13,189 bases of DNA, taken from positions 1 through 13,189 of the IMG/VR virus record IMGVR_UViG_2548876940_000012; one strand, written 5' to 3'. Made by a program: the position numbers and the translations under genes. The stretch is from a virus. Lineage: Duplodnaviria; Heunggongvirae; Uroviricota; Caudoviricetes. Below are positions 1-6,454 of this stretch, piece by piece. Below the pieces are notes generated by a model. That model had not been told where the DNA came from. It searched no databases and worked only from the letters and a program-made list of their open reading frames with translations. The stretch's first letter is position 1; each line of letters opens with the position of its first letter.

Positions 1-72
1 TGAACTCCTGAAAATGGCTGTGAAAATATCGCCCGCGAAATGCCAGGCTGATTAGGTAAACAGGAAAGGGGA

Positions 73-483
73 TTAGTGATTCAGACCGTTGCCGCGCCCG
101 TCGAGAAAAACTTCCACGAGCAAGTCACGGGTATAAGTGCGCTCGATGCCGCGATGCAGATAAAGTCGTCCGCGTAAATTAGCTGATGCAGTCCAGGTAC
201 CATCTTTGCGTTTGACCAGCATTCCTGGCATGACCGCACCGCGATTAACGGTTTGCGTTCCGTAATGTTGATGAACCATAAAAACTCCTGCCCGTAAGCT
301 GGGCTGCTGAACATATAGAGACTTCTGCGCGTATTCAGGCGGTGGATGGCCGCCGGTTGTCATAACTAAGCCGCCTCGTTGAAGCGACTGAGGTATAAAG
401 TGTTGTGTTGATTTCAGCTGGTCACACCGACGTTCACGCGTCCGTTTCACCCCTCGCACTCCCCGAAGCCTGCTGAAATTCAA
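73..483 (-). CDS. Hypothetical leftward early protein with Arg-rich N-terminus (VKRTRERR); sits in the N-gene position left of the OL-like operators. Annotated start is TTG; an in-frame ATG at 363 (96 aa) has a GAGG upstream
   Basis: ORF on minus strand ending at 73. The basic motif resembles the arginine-rich motif of lambdoid N proteins, but I recognise no overall similarity and there is no boxA/boxB in the leader. Confidence 0.3.
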   Translation of the reverse strand: MNFSRLRGVRGVKRTRERRCDQLKSTQHFIPQSLQRGGLVMTTGGHPPPEYAQKSLYVQQPSLRAGVFMVHQHYGTQTVNRGAVMPGMLVKRKDGTWTASANLRGRLYLHRGIERTYTRDLLVEVFLDGRGNGLNH

Positions 484-564
484 ACTGCGGATCTAAGCGG
501 TCATCGCAACGGTGAATCAGGTAGTTGCCGTATCGTTGTGTTGTTGCGATGAACTTATTTAAAA

Positions 565-630
565 CTATAGTTGTTTTATCGTCAACAACAAAAGTTGTTT
601 TAATGGTTGTTTTAGATATAACTGGTTGTA
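565..630. promoter_or_regulatory. OL-like operator cluster: repeated GTTGTT/AACAAC half-sites, including ATGGTTGTT identical to the OR half-site
   Basis: GTTGTT at 570-575, AACAAC at 584-589, GTTGTT at 594-599, ATGGTTGTT at 603-611, GGTTGT at 624-629. Same half-site as the perfect palindrome at 2982-3006. Confidence 0.45.
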
Positions 631-720
631 TTTAGGATGGATTTATTTTGTGACTTGAATCGCATAGCGATAACTGAAGTGAGGTATGGTGGTTTTTCGA
701 ACGGTTTGTGTGATGAGGGG

Positions 721-749
721 ACAAAAGAAAACCCGGCACGGTGGCCGGG
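721..749 (-). terminator. Rho-independent terminator ending the cI / GNAT-PUA / ASCH leftward operon
   Basis: On the minus strand: 6-bp GC stem CCCGGC / GCCGGG (plus 732-737 and 744-749) with a 6-nt loop, followed by UUUUCUUUUGU (plus 721-731). It lies 4 nt after the ASCH stop codon. Confidence 0.65.
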
Positions 750-753
750 ATTC

Positions 754-1131
754 TTACGCAGGTAGGTAAAGATATGATTGTGGTGGCTTAATATTACTAC
801 CTAGAGCAGAGATAGGAATTGGTTCTTTATATCTTTCCACTTCACCAATTTTTATTGCGTAGGCCTTTTCTCTACCTGAATAATATGAGTCATAAAATTG
901 CTTAGAAATACCTGCGTGTTTTTCCGTCTTTTTCCAAAGAGATTCCGGTTCGTCACTTAGTATTGATTCAATACGGAATTGACCAACAACTTTACCTAAT
1001 GGCATCGTGGCATAAATAACAACGGTGCTAATTTGCGGATTTTTGAATATACCTTTACGAAACTCGAACCGCTTTGTTCCGTTCAATATTTTTTCTGCAA
1101 ACTCAGGCTTAATGGATAATAAAACTTTCAT
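754..1131 (-). CDS. ASCH-domain (PUA-like fold) protein, 125 aa
   Basis: N-terminal GTKRFEFR matches the ASCH signature G-x-K-x-x-E-x-R. Overlaps the upstream ORF by 23 bp (1109-1131). AT-rich relative to the prophage backbone. Confidence 0.7.
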   Translation of the reverse strand: MKVLLSIKPEFAEKILNGTKRFEFRKGIFKNPQISTVVIYATMPLGKVVGQFRIESILSDEPESLWKKTEKHAGISKQFYDSYYSGREKAYAIKIGEVERYKEPIPISALGSNIKPPQSYLYLPA

Positions 1132-2182
1132 TTATCTTGCCTAACTCGATGATCTTTAAGAACTGCTCATTTGTGAGTTTAAAGTGACTCCATCGGAATG
1201 CACGCGAACCATTTAGCCCCACATGATCTATTAAAATAGCACGATTGGGTCTCTTTGGCAAAGACAGATTGTATGTGAATCTTATAATGAAAGGGTATCG
1301 ACGTTCTTTATAGATTTTTCTGAGTTCATCTTCAGAAAATACGCTAAAACGAATACAATAGTCTACAAAACTATCTTCGCTTAAAAATTCAGAAATATTT
1401 TTTACGCTCTCAACTACACATAATGTACTGGCTACAGAACGATAGCGAGCTGGCCCTTTTTTGTCTCCGGTTCTATAGATGACAATGATATCTCCTCTTT
1501 TCATTCCCATCACAGAACGCATTCCACATATGTAAATTTTATGAATGCTGTTAGCATGGGATATATCTTTGACAATATCTGGTGATTCATTTACAAGTTT
1601 TGAATCAGGGAATAGTCTAGTGTGATATTCGGGATAAATCGCCAGTAAATATTTGTTGGCCCTTGATGTCATTATTCGAGGGTAATCTAATAAAATATCA
1701 CCATAAGGCTCATGCAAAGACCTCGCATATACAAACTCTTTCCCGTTATGTGTTTCTTTTTCACCATGAATGTAAAATCCGTACGTTTGGAAAAGTTTTA
1801 TTAGATGGACGTGTTTGTCGAAAACAGTAACATAAATATCATCAGATTTTGATGAAAATGCATGGTCAAACGCTTTTTTTAGAAATCGTTGTCCGCGAAG
1901 GGTGCCTTTAGATTCAAATTTGAATGTTCCTATCTTTAGATGACGTCCTGGTGGGAGCGCTGGATTAATGTCATTTGCATCATCATTTTCTTTTAGATAC
2001 ATAAAACCTTCGATTTTATGCTTGTCATCATAGAGCACATAAGCTGATTCTCCTTCTCTGGCTTTTTTTTCTAACCAAAGAGGAAACTCTTTATAATCTT
2101 TTTTTAAAGAGTCAAAAAATGGGTCATTGTGATCAAAATCAGAGAATTTCTCATATTTTAAAGTATCCATTAAGTTCTCCAT
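1109..2182 (-). CDS. Two-domain protein, 357 aa: GNAT-like N-terminal region and PUA/EVE-like C-terminal region (tentative). Alternative start at 2170 (Met5) has a GGAG 6 nt upstream
   Basis: Residues ~45-155 have a GNAT-like pattern (RGQRFLKKAF ... IYVTVFDKHVHLIKLFQTYGFYIHGE). Residues ~215-240 (KIYICGMRSVMGMKRGDIIVIYRTG) resemble the EVE/PUA-like core. No terminator separates it from cI upstream. AT-rich. Confidence 0.65.
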   Translation of the reverse strand: MENLMDTLKYEKFSDFDHNDPFFDSLKKDYKEFPLWLEKKAREGESAYVLYDDKHKIEGFMYLKENDDANDINPALPPGRHLKIGTFKFESKGTLRGQRFLKKAFDHAFSSKSDDIYVTVFDKHVHLIKLFQTYGFYIHGEKETHNGKEFVYARSLHEPYGDILLDYPRIMTSRANKYLLAIYPEYHTRLFPDSKLVNESPDIVKDISHANSIHKIYICGMRSVMGMKRGDIIVIYRTGDKKGPARYRSVASTLCVVESVKNISEFLSEDSFVDYCIRFSVFSEDELRKIYKERRYPFIIRFTYNLSLPKRPNRAILIDHVGLNGSRAFRWSHFKLTNEQFLKIIELGKINESFIIH

Positions 2183-2250
2183 TCTAAAATGAATAATTAA
2201 GTTGTTTTACTGAATGAGCACAATGCCCGGTTGATAATTTTTAATTGGTA

Positions 2251-2940
2251 CTATCCATGCTTCCTATACGTCTGCGGCATGCTCCCAATAACTTTCCCGA
2301 AGATAAATACCCGGTTCATCTCATCTTTCTCGATCGGGTCCCACGGTGAGTAGCTTTTGTTATCAGAGATAACCAGCAGCTTATCCTTCATCATTTGCAG
2401 GCGCTTTACATGGGCTGTGTCGTCGTACAGAAACGCATAGATACCATCACCGTCGAAAGATTTAACCGTGATATCAACGAATAGAAGATCACCAGGTTCA
2501 ATCGTTCCTGACATGCTGTCACCGCGTACGTTAATGATGCGGATATTTTCTGCCTTCCTACCATCGAACATGTGACGAGCATCGTCAAACGAGTACTCAA
2601 CCGAGCGTAGAACTTCTACAAACTCACGGTTGATGACTCCCGGCCCAGCACTGACTTCTATATCAAGAACGTCAATCTTGAAGTATTTGGAATGGCTGAC
2701 AGTTGATTGTATTGGTTGCACTGTACTGTCTGACATATTTCCAACGCCAGAAGATAACCATTCTGCGCGCACACCCAAAGCGTTCGCGATCTCCACGATT
2801 TTAGTTGTTTGATTAGCTTTCCCTGTTTCGATTTTCTGAATAGCAGCCTGGCTAACCCCGACCAAATCCCCAAGCGCCTTTTGTGTAAGGCCTCGCGCTA
2901 ATCTGGCTTCTTTAAGTCTTTCTGAGAGTGTTGTTTTCAT
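2251..2940 (-). CDS. cI: CI-like prophage repressor: N-terminal HTH (XRE type) plus C-terminal LexA/S24-type autopeptidase domain
   Basis: MKTTLSERLKEARLARGLTQKALGDLVGVSQAAIQKIE is an HTH; the C-terminal region has GDSM...GD-LLFVD and a K, typical of S24 self-cleaving repressors. The start was moved to the internal Met at 2940 so that the operator palindrome lies outside the CDS; the longest ORF runs to 3006. Confidence 0.9.
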   Translation of the reverse strand: MKTTLSERLKEARLARGLTQKALGDLVGVSQAAIQKIETGKANQTTKIVEIANALGVRAEWLSSGVGNMSDSTVQPIQSTVSHSKYFKIDVLDIEVSAGPGVINREFVEVLRSVEYSFDDARHMFDGRKAENIRIINVRGDSMSGTIEPGDLLFVDITVKSFDGDGIYAFLYDDTAHVKRLQMMKDKLLVISDNKSYSPWDPIEKDEMNRVFIFGKVIGSMPQTYRKHG

Positions 2941-2981
2941 AGTCCAAATGTACAACCAAGGTTTTATTCCATCAAACGAAA

Positions 2982-3006
2982 ATGGTTGTTGACTAAAAAC
3001 AACCAT
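2982..3006. promoter_or_regulatory. OR operator: perfect 9-bp inverted repeat ATGGTTGTT-N7-AACAACCAT
   Basis: Read directly: ATGGTTGTT (2982-2990), gactaaa, AACAACCAT (2998-3006), between the divergent cI and cro starts. Weaker related half-sites lie at 2930-2935 and 2952-2958. Confidence 0.65.
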
Positions 3007-3017
3007 AGTTTTAATCT
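2989..3017 (+). promoter_or_regulatory. Candidate PR promoter (-35 TTGACT, 17-bp spacer, -10 TAATCT) overlapping the operator
   Basis: TTGACT at 2989-2994 and TAATCT at 3012-3017. Followed by GGAGG at 3035-3039 and the cro ATG at 3045. Confidence 0.4.
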
Positions 3018-3044
3018 TGATTCAAATTAACCACGGAGGTTGTT

Positions 3045-3275
3045 ATGAACCCAGCTATCAAAACAGCGATCAATATCGTTGGTTCACAAAAGAAACTGGG
3101 CGCTGCTTGCGAAGTTTCACAGCAGGCCGTCTATAAGTGGCTTCACAACAAAGCAAAGGTATCCCCTGAACATGTCGGCAGCATTGTTACGGCTACTGGT
3201 GGAGTAGTGAAGGCATACCAGATTCGCCCGGATCTTCCGAAGTTGTTTCCACACACCGAAAAGAACGCAGCTTAA
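3045..3275 (+). CDS. Cro-like HTH repressor (YdaS family), 76 aa
   Basis: First gene of the rightward operon, divergent from cI, with a GGAGG RBS. The HTH-like segment SQKKLGAACEVSQQAVYKWL matches the Rac-prophage YdaS-type Cro. Confidence 0.8.
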   Translation: MNPAIKTAINIVGSQKKLGAACEVSQQAVYKWLHNKAKVSPEHVGSIVTATGGVVKAYQIRPDLPKLFPHTEKNAA

Positions 3276-3287
3276 ATTTCCATTTCA

Positions 3288-3300
3288 CGCTCTTTAACAA
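3288..3300 (+). promoter_or_regulatory. boxA-like element (CGCTCTTTAACAA) just downstream of cro; nutR-like position
   Basis: Matches the rrn/lambda boxA core GCTCTTTAACAA as I recall it. It lies 13 nt after the cro stop. No GC-stem boxB hairpin follows. Confidence 0.5.
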
Positions 3301-3344
3301 TAAGCAATCAACTTAACAGTCAATTCAAACTAAAGGAGTCAATT

Positions 3345-3884
3345 ATGCAACCACTTACATACCAACAGACTAGCGGATTTAGCCCAACTGCGGTGATAAA
3401 TCGTTCTCAAACAAAACAGGTGCCAGGCCACGAAAAAATCCGTGATGCCGTCCGCGCCTGGTCGGCTGTAGATAATCAGGATGTCGTTGCCACACTCATT
3501 GTGAATGAGTATCGGGAGCAGGGCGGCGGCACCATCGATTTCCCTGATGATGTCAGCCGTGCACGCCAGAAGCTGTTCCGCTTCCTCGATAACAAATTCG
3601 ATTCTGAAAAATACCGAAATAACGTGCGTGAACTGACCCCGGCAATTCTGGCGGTACTACCGCTGGAATATCGCGGTTACCTGGTTGAGCAGGATAGCTT
3701 CATGACTCGGTTGGCTGAAATGGAAAAGGAACTCAGTGAGGCAAAACAGGCTGTCATTCTCAACGCACCACGCCACCAGAAACTGAAGGAAATGAGTGAA
3801 GGTATTGTGTCGATGTTTCGTGTGGACCCAGATCTGGCTGGTCCATTGATGGCGATGGTTACTACCATGCTGGGGGCGATATGA
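3345..3884 (+). CDS. YdaT-family (cII-position) regulatory protein, 179 aa
   Basis: EYREQGGG and LTPAILAVLP motifs match E. coli Rac YdaT as I recall it (EEYLRQGGG ... LIPAILAILP). AAGGAG RBS. It occupies the cII slot after cro. Confidence 0.7.
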   Translation: MQPLTYQQTSGFSPTAVINRSQTKQVPGHEKIRDAVRAWSAVDNQDVVATLIVNEYREQGGGTIDFPDDVSRARQKLFRFLDNKFDSEKYRNNVRELTPAILAVLPLEYRGYLVEQDSFMTRLAEMEKELSEAKQAVILNAPRHQKLKEMSEGIVSMFRVDPDLAGPLMAMVTTMLGAI

Positions 3885-3970
3885 CAGGTTCAGAAATGGC
3901 GAAAGCCGGTCTGCGCGAACAGAACCGACTTTCAGGTGCAAATCGTAACACACTCATTGCGGGAGGAATT

Positions 3971-4900
3971 ATGGCAAACACTGCTGAGATATTCAATTTT
4001 CCAGTGCCGGATGCGGCACAAAAGGAGCCGCGCGTGGCAGATCTCGATGATGGTTATACGCGCATTGCAAATGAGTTGCTGGAAGCTGTGATGCTGGCCG
4101 GATTAACACAGCACCAGCTTCTGGTCTTCCTGGCTGTCATGCGCAAAACATATGGCTTTAATAAAAAACTGGATTGGGTGAGCAACGAGCAACTTTCCGA
4201 GTTGACCGGGATATTGCCGCACAAGTGTTCTGCTGCAAAAAGTGTTCTGGTAAAGCGTGGGATTTTTATTCAGAGCGGGCGGAATATCGGCATTAATAAT
4301 GTGGTCAGTGAATGGTCAACATTACCCGAATCAGGTAAGAAAAATAAAGTTTACCTGAAAGAGGTAAATTTACCTGAATCAGGTAAGAAAAGTTTACCCA
4401 AATCAGGTAAAGGCGTTTACCCGAATCAGGTAAACACAAAAGACAAACTAACAAAAGACAATATAAAACCTTATTCGTCCGAGAATTCTGGCGAATACTC
4501 TGACCAGCCAGAAAACGACCTTCCTGTGGTGAAACCGGATGCTGCGATTCAGAGCGGCAGCAAGTGGGGGACAGCAGAAGACCTGACCGCCGCAGAGTGG
4601 ATGTTTGACATGGTGAAGACCATCGCACCATCAGCCAGAAAACCGAATTTTGCAGGGTGGGCTAACGATATCCGCCTGATGCGTGAACGTGACGGACGTA
4701 ACCACCGCGACATGTGTGTACTGTTCCGCTGGGCATGCCAGGACAACTTCTGGTCCGGTAACGTGCTGAGTCCGGCCAAACTCCGCGACAAGTGGACCCA
4801 GCTCGAAATCAACCGAAACAAGCAACAGGCTGGCGTGACAGCCGGCAAACCAAAACTCGACCTGACGAACACTGACTGGATTTACGGGGTGGAGCTATGA
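3971..4900 (+). CDS. O: Replication initiator O (lambda O family) with ori iterons embedded in the linker; diverged N-terminal domain and lambda-like C-terminal domain
   Basis: Start at MANTAEIFNF with a GGGAGG RBS, aligning with the lambda O start MTNTAKILNF. The C-terminus (...KPKLDLTNTDWIYGVEL) matches lambda O from memory. The ORF can extend to 3881, where an ATGA overlaps the upstream stop. Confidence 0.85.
   Translation: MANTAEIFNFPVPDAAQKEPRVADLDDGYTRIANELLEAVMLAGLTQHQLLVFLAVMRKTYGFNKKLDWVSNEQLSELTGILPHKCSAAKSVLVKRGIFIQSGRNIGINNVVSEWSTLPESGKKNKVYLKEVNLPESGKKSLPKSGKGVYPNQVNTKDKLTKDNIKPYSSENSGEYSDQPENDLPVVKPDAAIQSGSKWGTAEDLTAAEWMFDMVKTIAPSARKPNFAGWANDIRLMRERDGRNHRDMCVLFRWACQDNFWSGNVLSPAKLRDKWTQLEINRNKQQAGVTAGKPKLDLTNTDWIYGVEL
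4322..4470. repeat. Replication origin: five 17-bp iterons (consensus TTACCYGAATCAGGTAA, each an internal inverted repeat) followed by an A-rich stretch
   Basis: Iterons at 4322-4338, 4351-4367, 4370-4386, 4394-4410 and 4417-4433, then acacaaaagacaaactaacaaaagacaatataaaacc. The arrangement matches ori-lambda inside O, but the iteron sequence differs from lambda. Confidence 0.8.
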
Positions 4901-5598
4901 AAAACATCGCCGCACAGATGGTTAACTTTGACCGTGAGCAGATGCGTCGGATCGCCAACAACATGCCGGAACAGTACGACGAAAAGCCGCAGGTACAACA
5001 GGTAGCGCAGATCATCAATGGTGTGTTCAGCCAGTTACTAGCAACTTTCCCGGCGAGCCTGGCTAACCGGGACCAGAACGAACTGAACGAAATCCGCCGC
5101 CAGTGGGTGCTGGCTTTCCGGGAAAACGGGATCACCACAATGGAACAGGTTAACGCAGGAATGCGCGTAGCCCGTCGGCAGAATCGACCATTCCTGCCAT
5201 CACCCGGGCAGTTTGTCGCCTGGTGCCGGGAAGAAGCATCCGTTACCGCCGGGCTGCCAAACGCCAGCGAGCTGGTTGATATGGTTTACGAGTATTGCCG
5301 GAAGCGTGGCCTGTATCCGGACGCAGAGTCTTATCCATGGAAATCAAACGCGCACTACTGGCTGGTTACCAACCTGTACCAGAACATGCGGGCCAATGCG
5401 CTTACTGATGCGGAATTACGGCGCAAGGCTGCCGATGAACTGTCCTGTATGACCGCGCGAATTAACCGTGGTGAGGCGATACCTGAACCAGTAAAACAGC
5501 TTCCTGTCATGGGCGGTAGACCTCTAAATCGTGCACAGGCTCTGGCGAAGATCGCAGAAATCAAAGCTAAGTTTGGGCTGAAAGGAGCAAGTGTATGA
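4897..5598 (+). CDS. P: Replication protein P (DnaB helicase loader), lambda P-like, 233 aa
   Basis: Sequence MKNIAAQMVNFDREQMRRIANNMPEQYDEKPQ... is recognised as near-identical to lambda P (from memory). ATGA overlap with the O stop. Confidence 0.9.
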   Translation: MKNIAAQMVNFDREQMRRIANNMPEQYDEKPQVQQVAQIINGVFSQLLATFPASLANRDQNELNEIRRQWVLAFRENGITTMEQVNAGMRVARRQNRPFLPSPGQFVAWCREEASVTAGLPNASELVDMVYEYCRKRGLYPDAESYPWKSNAHYWLVTNLYQNMRANALTDAELRRKAADELSCMTARINRGEAIPEPVKQLPVMGGRPLNRAQALAKIAEIKAKFGLKGASV

Positions 5599-5768
5599 CG
5601 GGCAAAGAGGCAATTATTTATTACCTGGGGACGCATAAGAGCTTCTGTGCGCAGGACGTTGCTGCGGCAACAGGTGTGACAGTAACCTGCATAAATCAGG
5701 CAGCAGCTAAAATGGCGCGTGCAGGAATCCTGGTCATTGATGGTAAGGTCTGGCGAACGTTTGTTTAA
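5595..5768 (+). CDS. ren: Ren-like protein, C-terminally truncated relative to lambda Ren (57 aa here, ~96 aa in lambda)
   Basis: ATGA overlap with the P stop. MTGKEAIIYYLGTH...INQAAAKMARAGILVIDGKVWRT resembles the lambda Ren N-terminus as recalled. The ORF stops early where the AT-rich moron island begins. Not in the ORF track because it is under 60 aa. Confidence 0.55.
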   Translation: MTGKEAIIYYLGTHKSFCAQDVAAATGVTVTCINQAAAKMARAGILVIDGKVWRTFV

Positions 5769-5914
5769 CGGTTAGCTACTCAGGATGATAGGGTGGGGCA
5801 AGTGAGTATGAAGCGGATTTTCAGGAATGCCGTCAGAGTTTGGAAATAAAGTGGGTTTTCTAGTGGCAAGAGACTTGATAATATTTAGTTCTTTAAATCC
5901 AAGGAGATAGGGTT

Positions 5915-6409
5915 ATGAGAAAATTTATTTTAGCCTTTGTCATAAGTGCCTCGTTTACAGCAAATGCTGGTGTAGAGAAGTTAGGGCCGTGGATAACAAA
6001 GTCTGAGATAAATAAAATGACTGACCAGACTGACTTTGTGGCTCTTAATTTATCACCAGATTCATATAACAAAGCAGGTACTGATCGTGCAACTTCACTG
6101 GTGTTGCGTTGTAGTGATAACAAAACAGATGCCTATTTATCATTCAATGATTATATGGGGTCGGACAACCCAAGAATTACAGTGCGGTTAGATGGCGGAA
6201 AGCCGGTCAAGAGTGTTTGGGGAGGTGGGGAAGGCGGTGATTCTGCATTTGCTCCACAACCAATACAATTTATAAAGACCTTGGCTAAGCATAAAAAAGC
6301 TATTTTTGGGTTTGAACCTTATGGATCAACTATGCAAGTAGTTGAGTTTGACTTGTCTGAGATTGATAAGGTTGTGGAAAAAATTTCACAGTCTTGCAAT
6401 TGGAAATGA
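5915..6409 (+). CDS. Secreted/periplasmic hypothetical protein with Sec signal peptide (moron)
   Basis: N-terminal MRKFILAFVISASFTANA with an A-N-A cleavage motif. AAGGAGA RBS. Two Cys residues (C66, C161). AT-rich. Followed by an intrinsic terminator. Confidence 0.7.
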   Translation: MRKFILAFVISASFTANAGVEKLGPWITKSEINKMTDQTDFVALNLSPDSYNKAGTDRATSLVLRCSDNKTDAYLSFNDYMGSDNPRITVRLDGGKPVKSVWGGGEGGDSAFAPQPIQFIKTLAKHKKAIFGFEPYGSTMQVVEFDLSEIDKVVEKISQSCNWK

Positions 6410-6426
6410 CAAAAAAATTTCATATG

Positions 6427-6454
6427 AACCCAGTTGGCGCTGGGTTTTTTATTT
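6427..6454 (+). terminator. Rho-independent terminator after the secreted-protein gene
   Basis: Stem AACCCAG / CTGGGTT (6427-6433 and 6440-6446), loop TTGGCG, then a T-run TTTTTTATTT. Confidence 0.65.

Noticed and set aside
2406-2873. Three ORFs (2406..2600 -, 2630..2812 +, 2658..2873 -) nested inside the cI-like repressor gene
   Set aside because: They lie wholly within a gene with clear HTH and S24 peptidase motifs, are in alternative frames or antisense, and have no RBS or recognisable motifs.
2941-3006. N-terminal extension of the repressor ORF to 3006 (MVVFSQQPFSFDGIKPWLYIWT...)
   Set aside because: The extension would run through the operator palindrome and PR promoter. An HTH normally starts within a few residues of the N-terminus, so the internal Met at 2940 is the better start.
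3301-3344. Search for a boxB hairpin downstream of the boxA-like element
   Set aside because: No GC-rich stem-loop is present, only an AT-rich direct repeat, so no boxB or complete nut site is annotated.
3657-3953. Minus-strand ORFs 3657..3953 and 3677..3868
   Set aside because: Antisense to the YdaT-like gene and the O leader; no supporting signals.
4322-4433. Short direct repeats that could be mistaken for a CRISPR array
   Set aside because: The repeats are 17 bp, palindromic, irregularly spaced and inside the O coding sequence. This is the signature of ori iterons, not CRISPR repeat-spacer units.
4305-5636. ORFs 4305..4631, 4549..4872, 4631..4825, 4809..5138, 5213..5452, 5355..5636 on alternative frames or antisense across O and P
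   Set aside because: They overlap genes with confident lambda O/P identity. Such ORFs are expected by chance in GC-rich coding DNA.
5893-6123. Minus-strand 76-aa ORF
   Set aside because: Antisense to the secreted-protein gene, which has a strong RBS, signal peptide and terminator.
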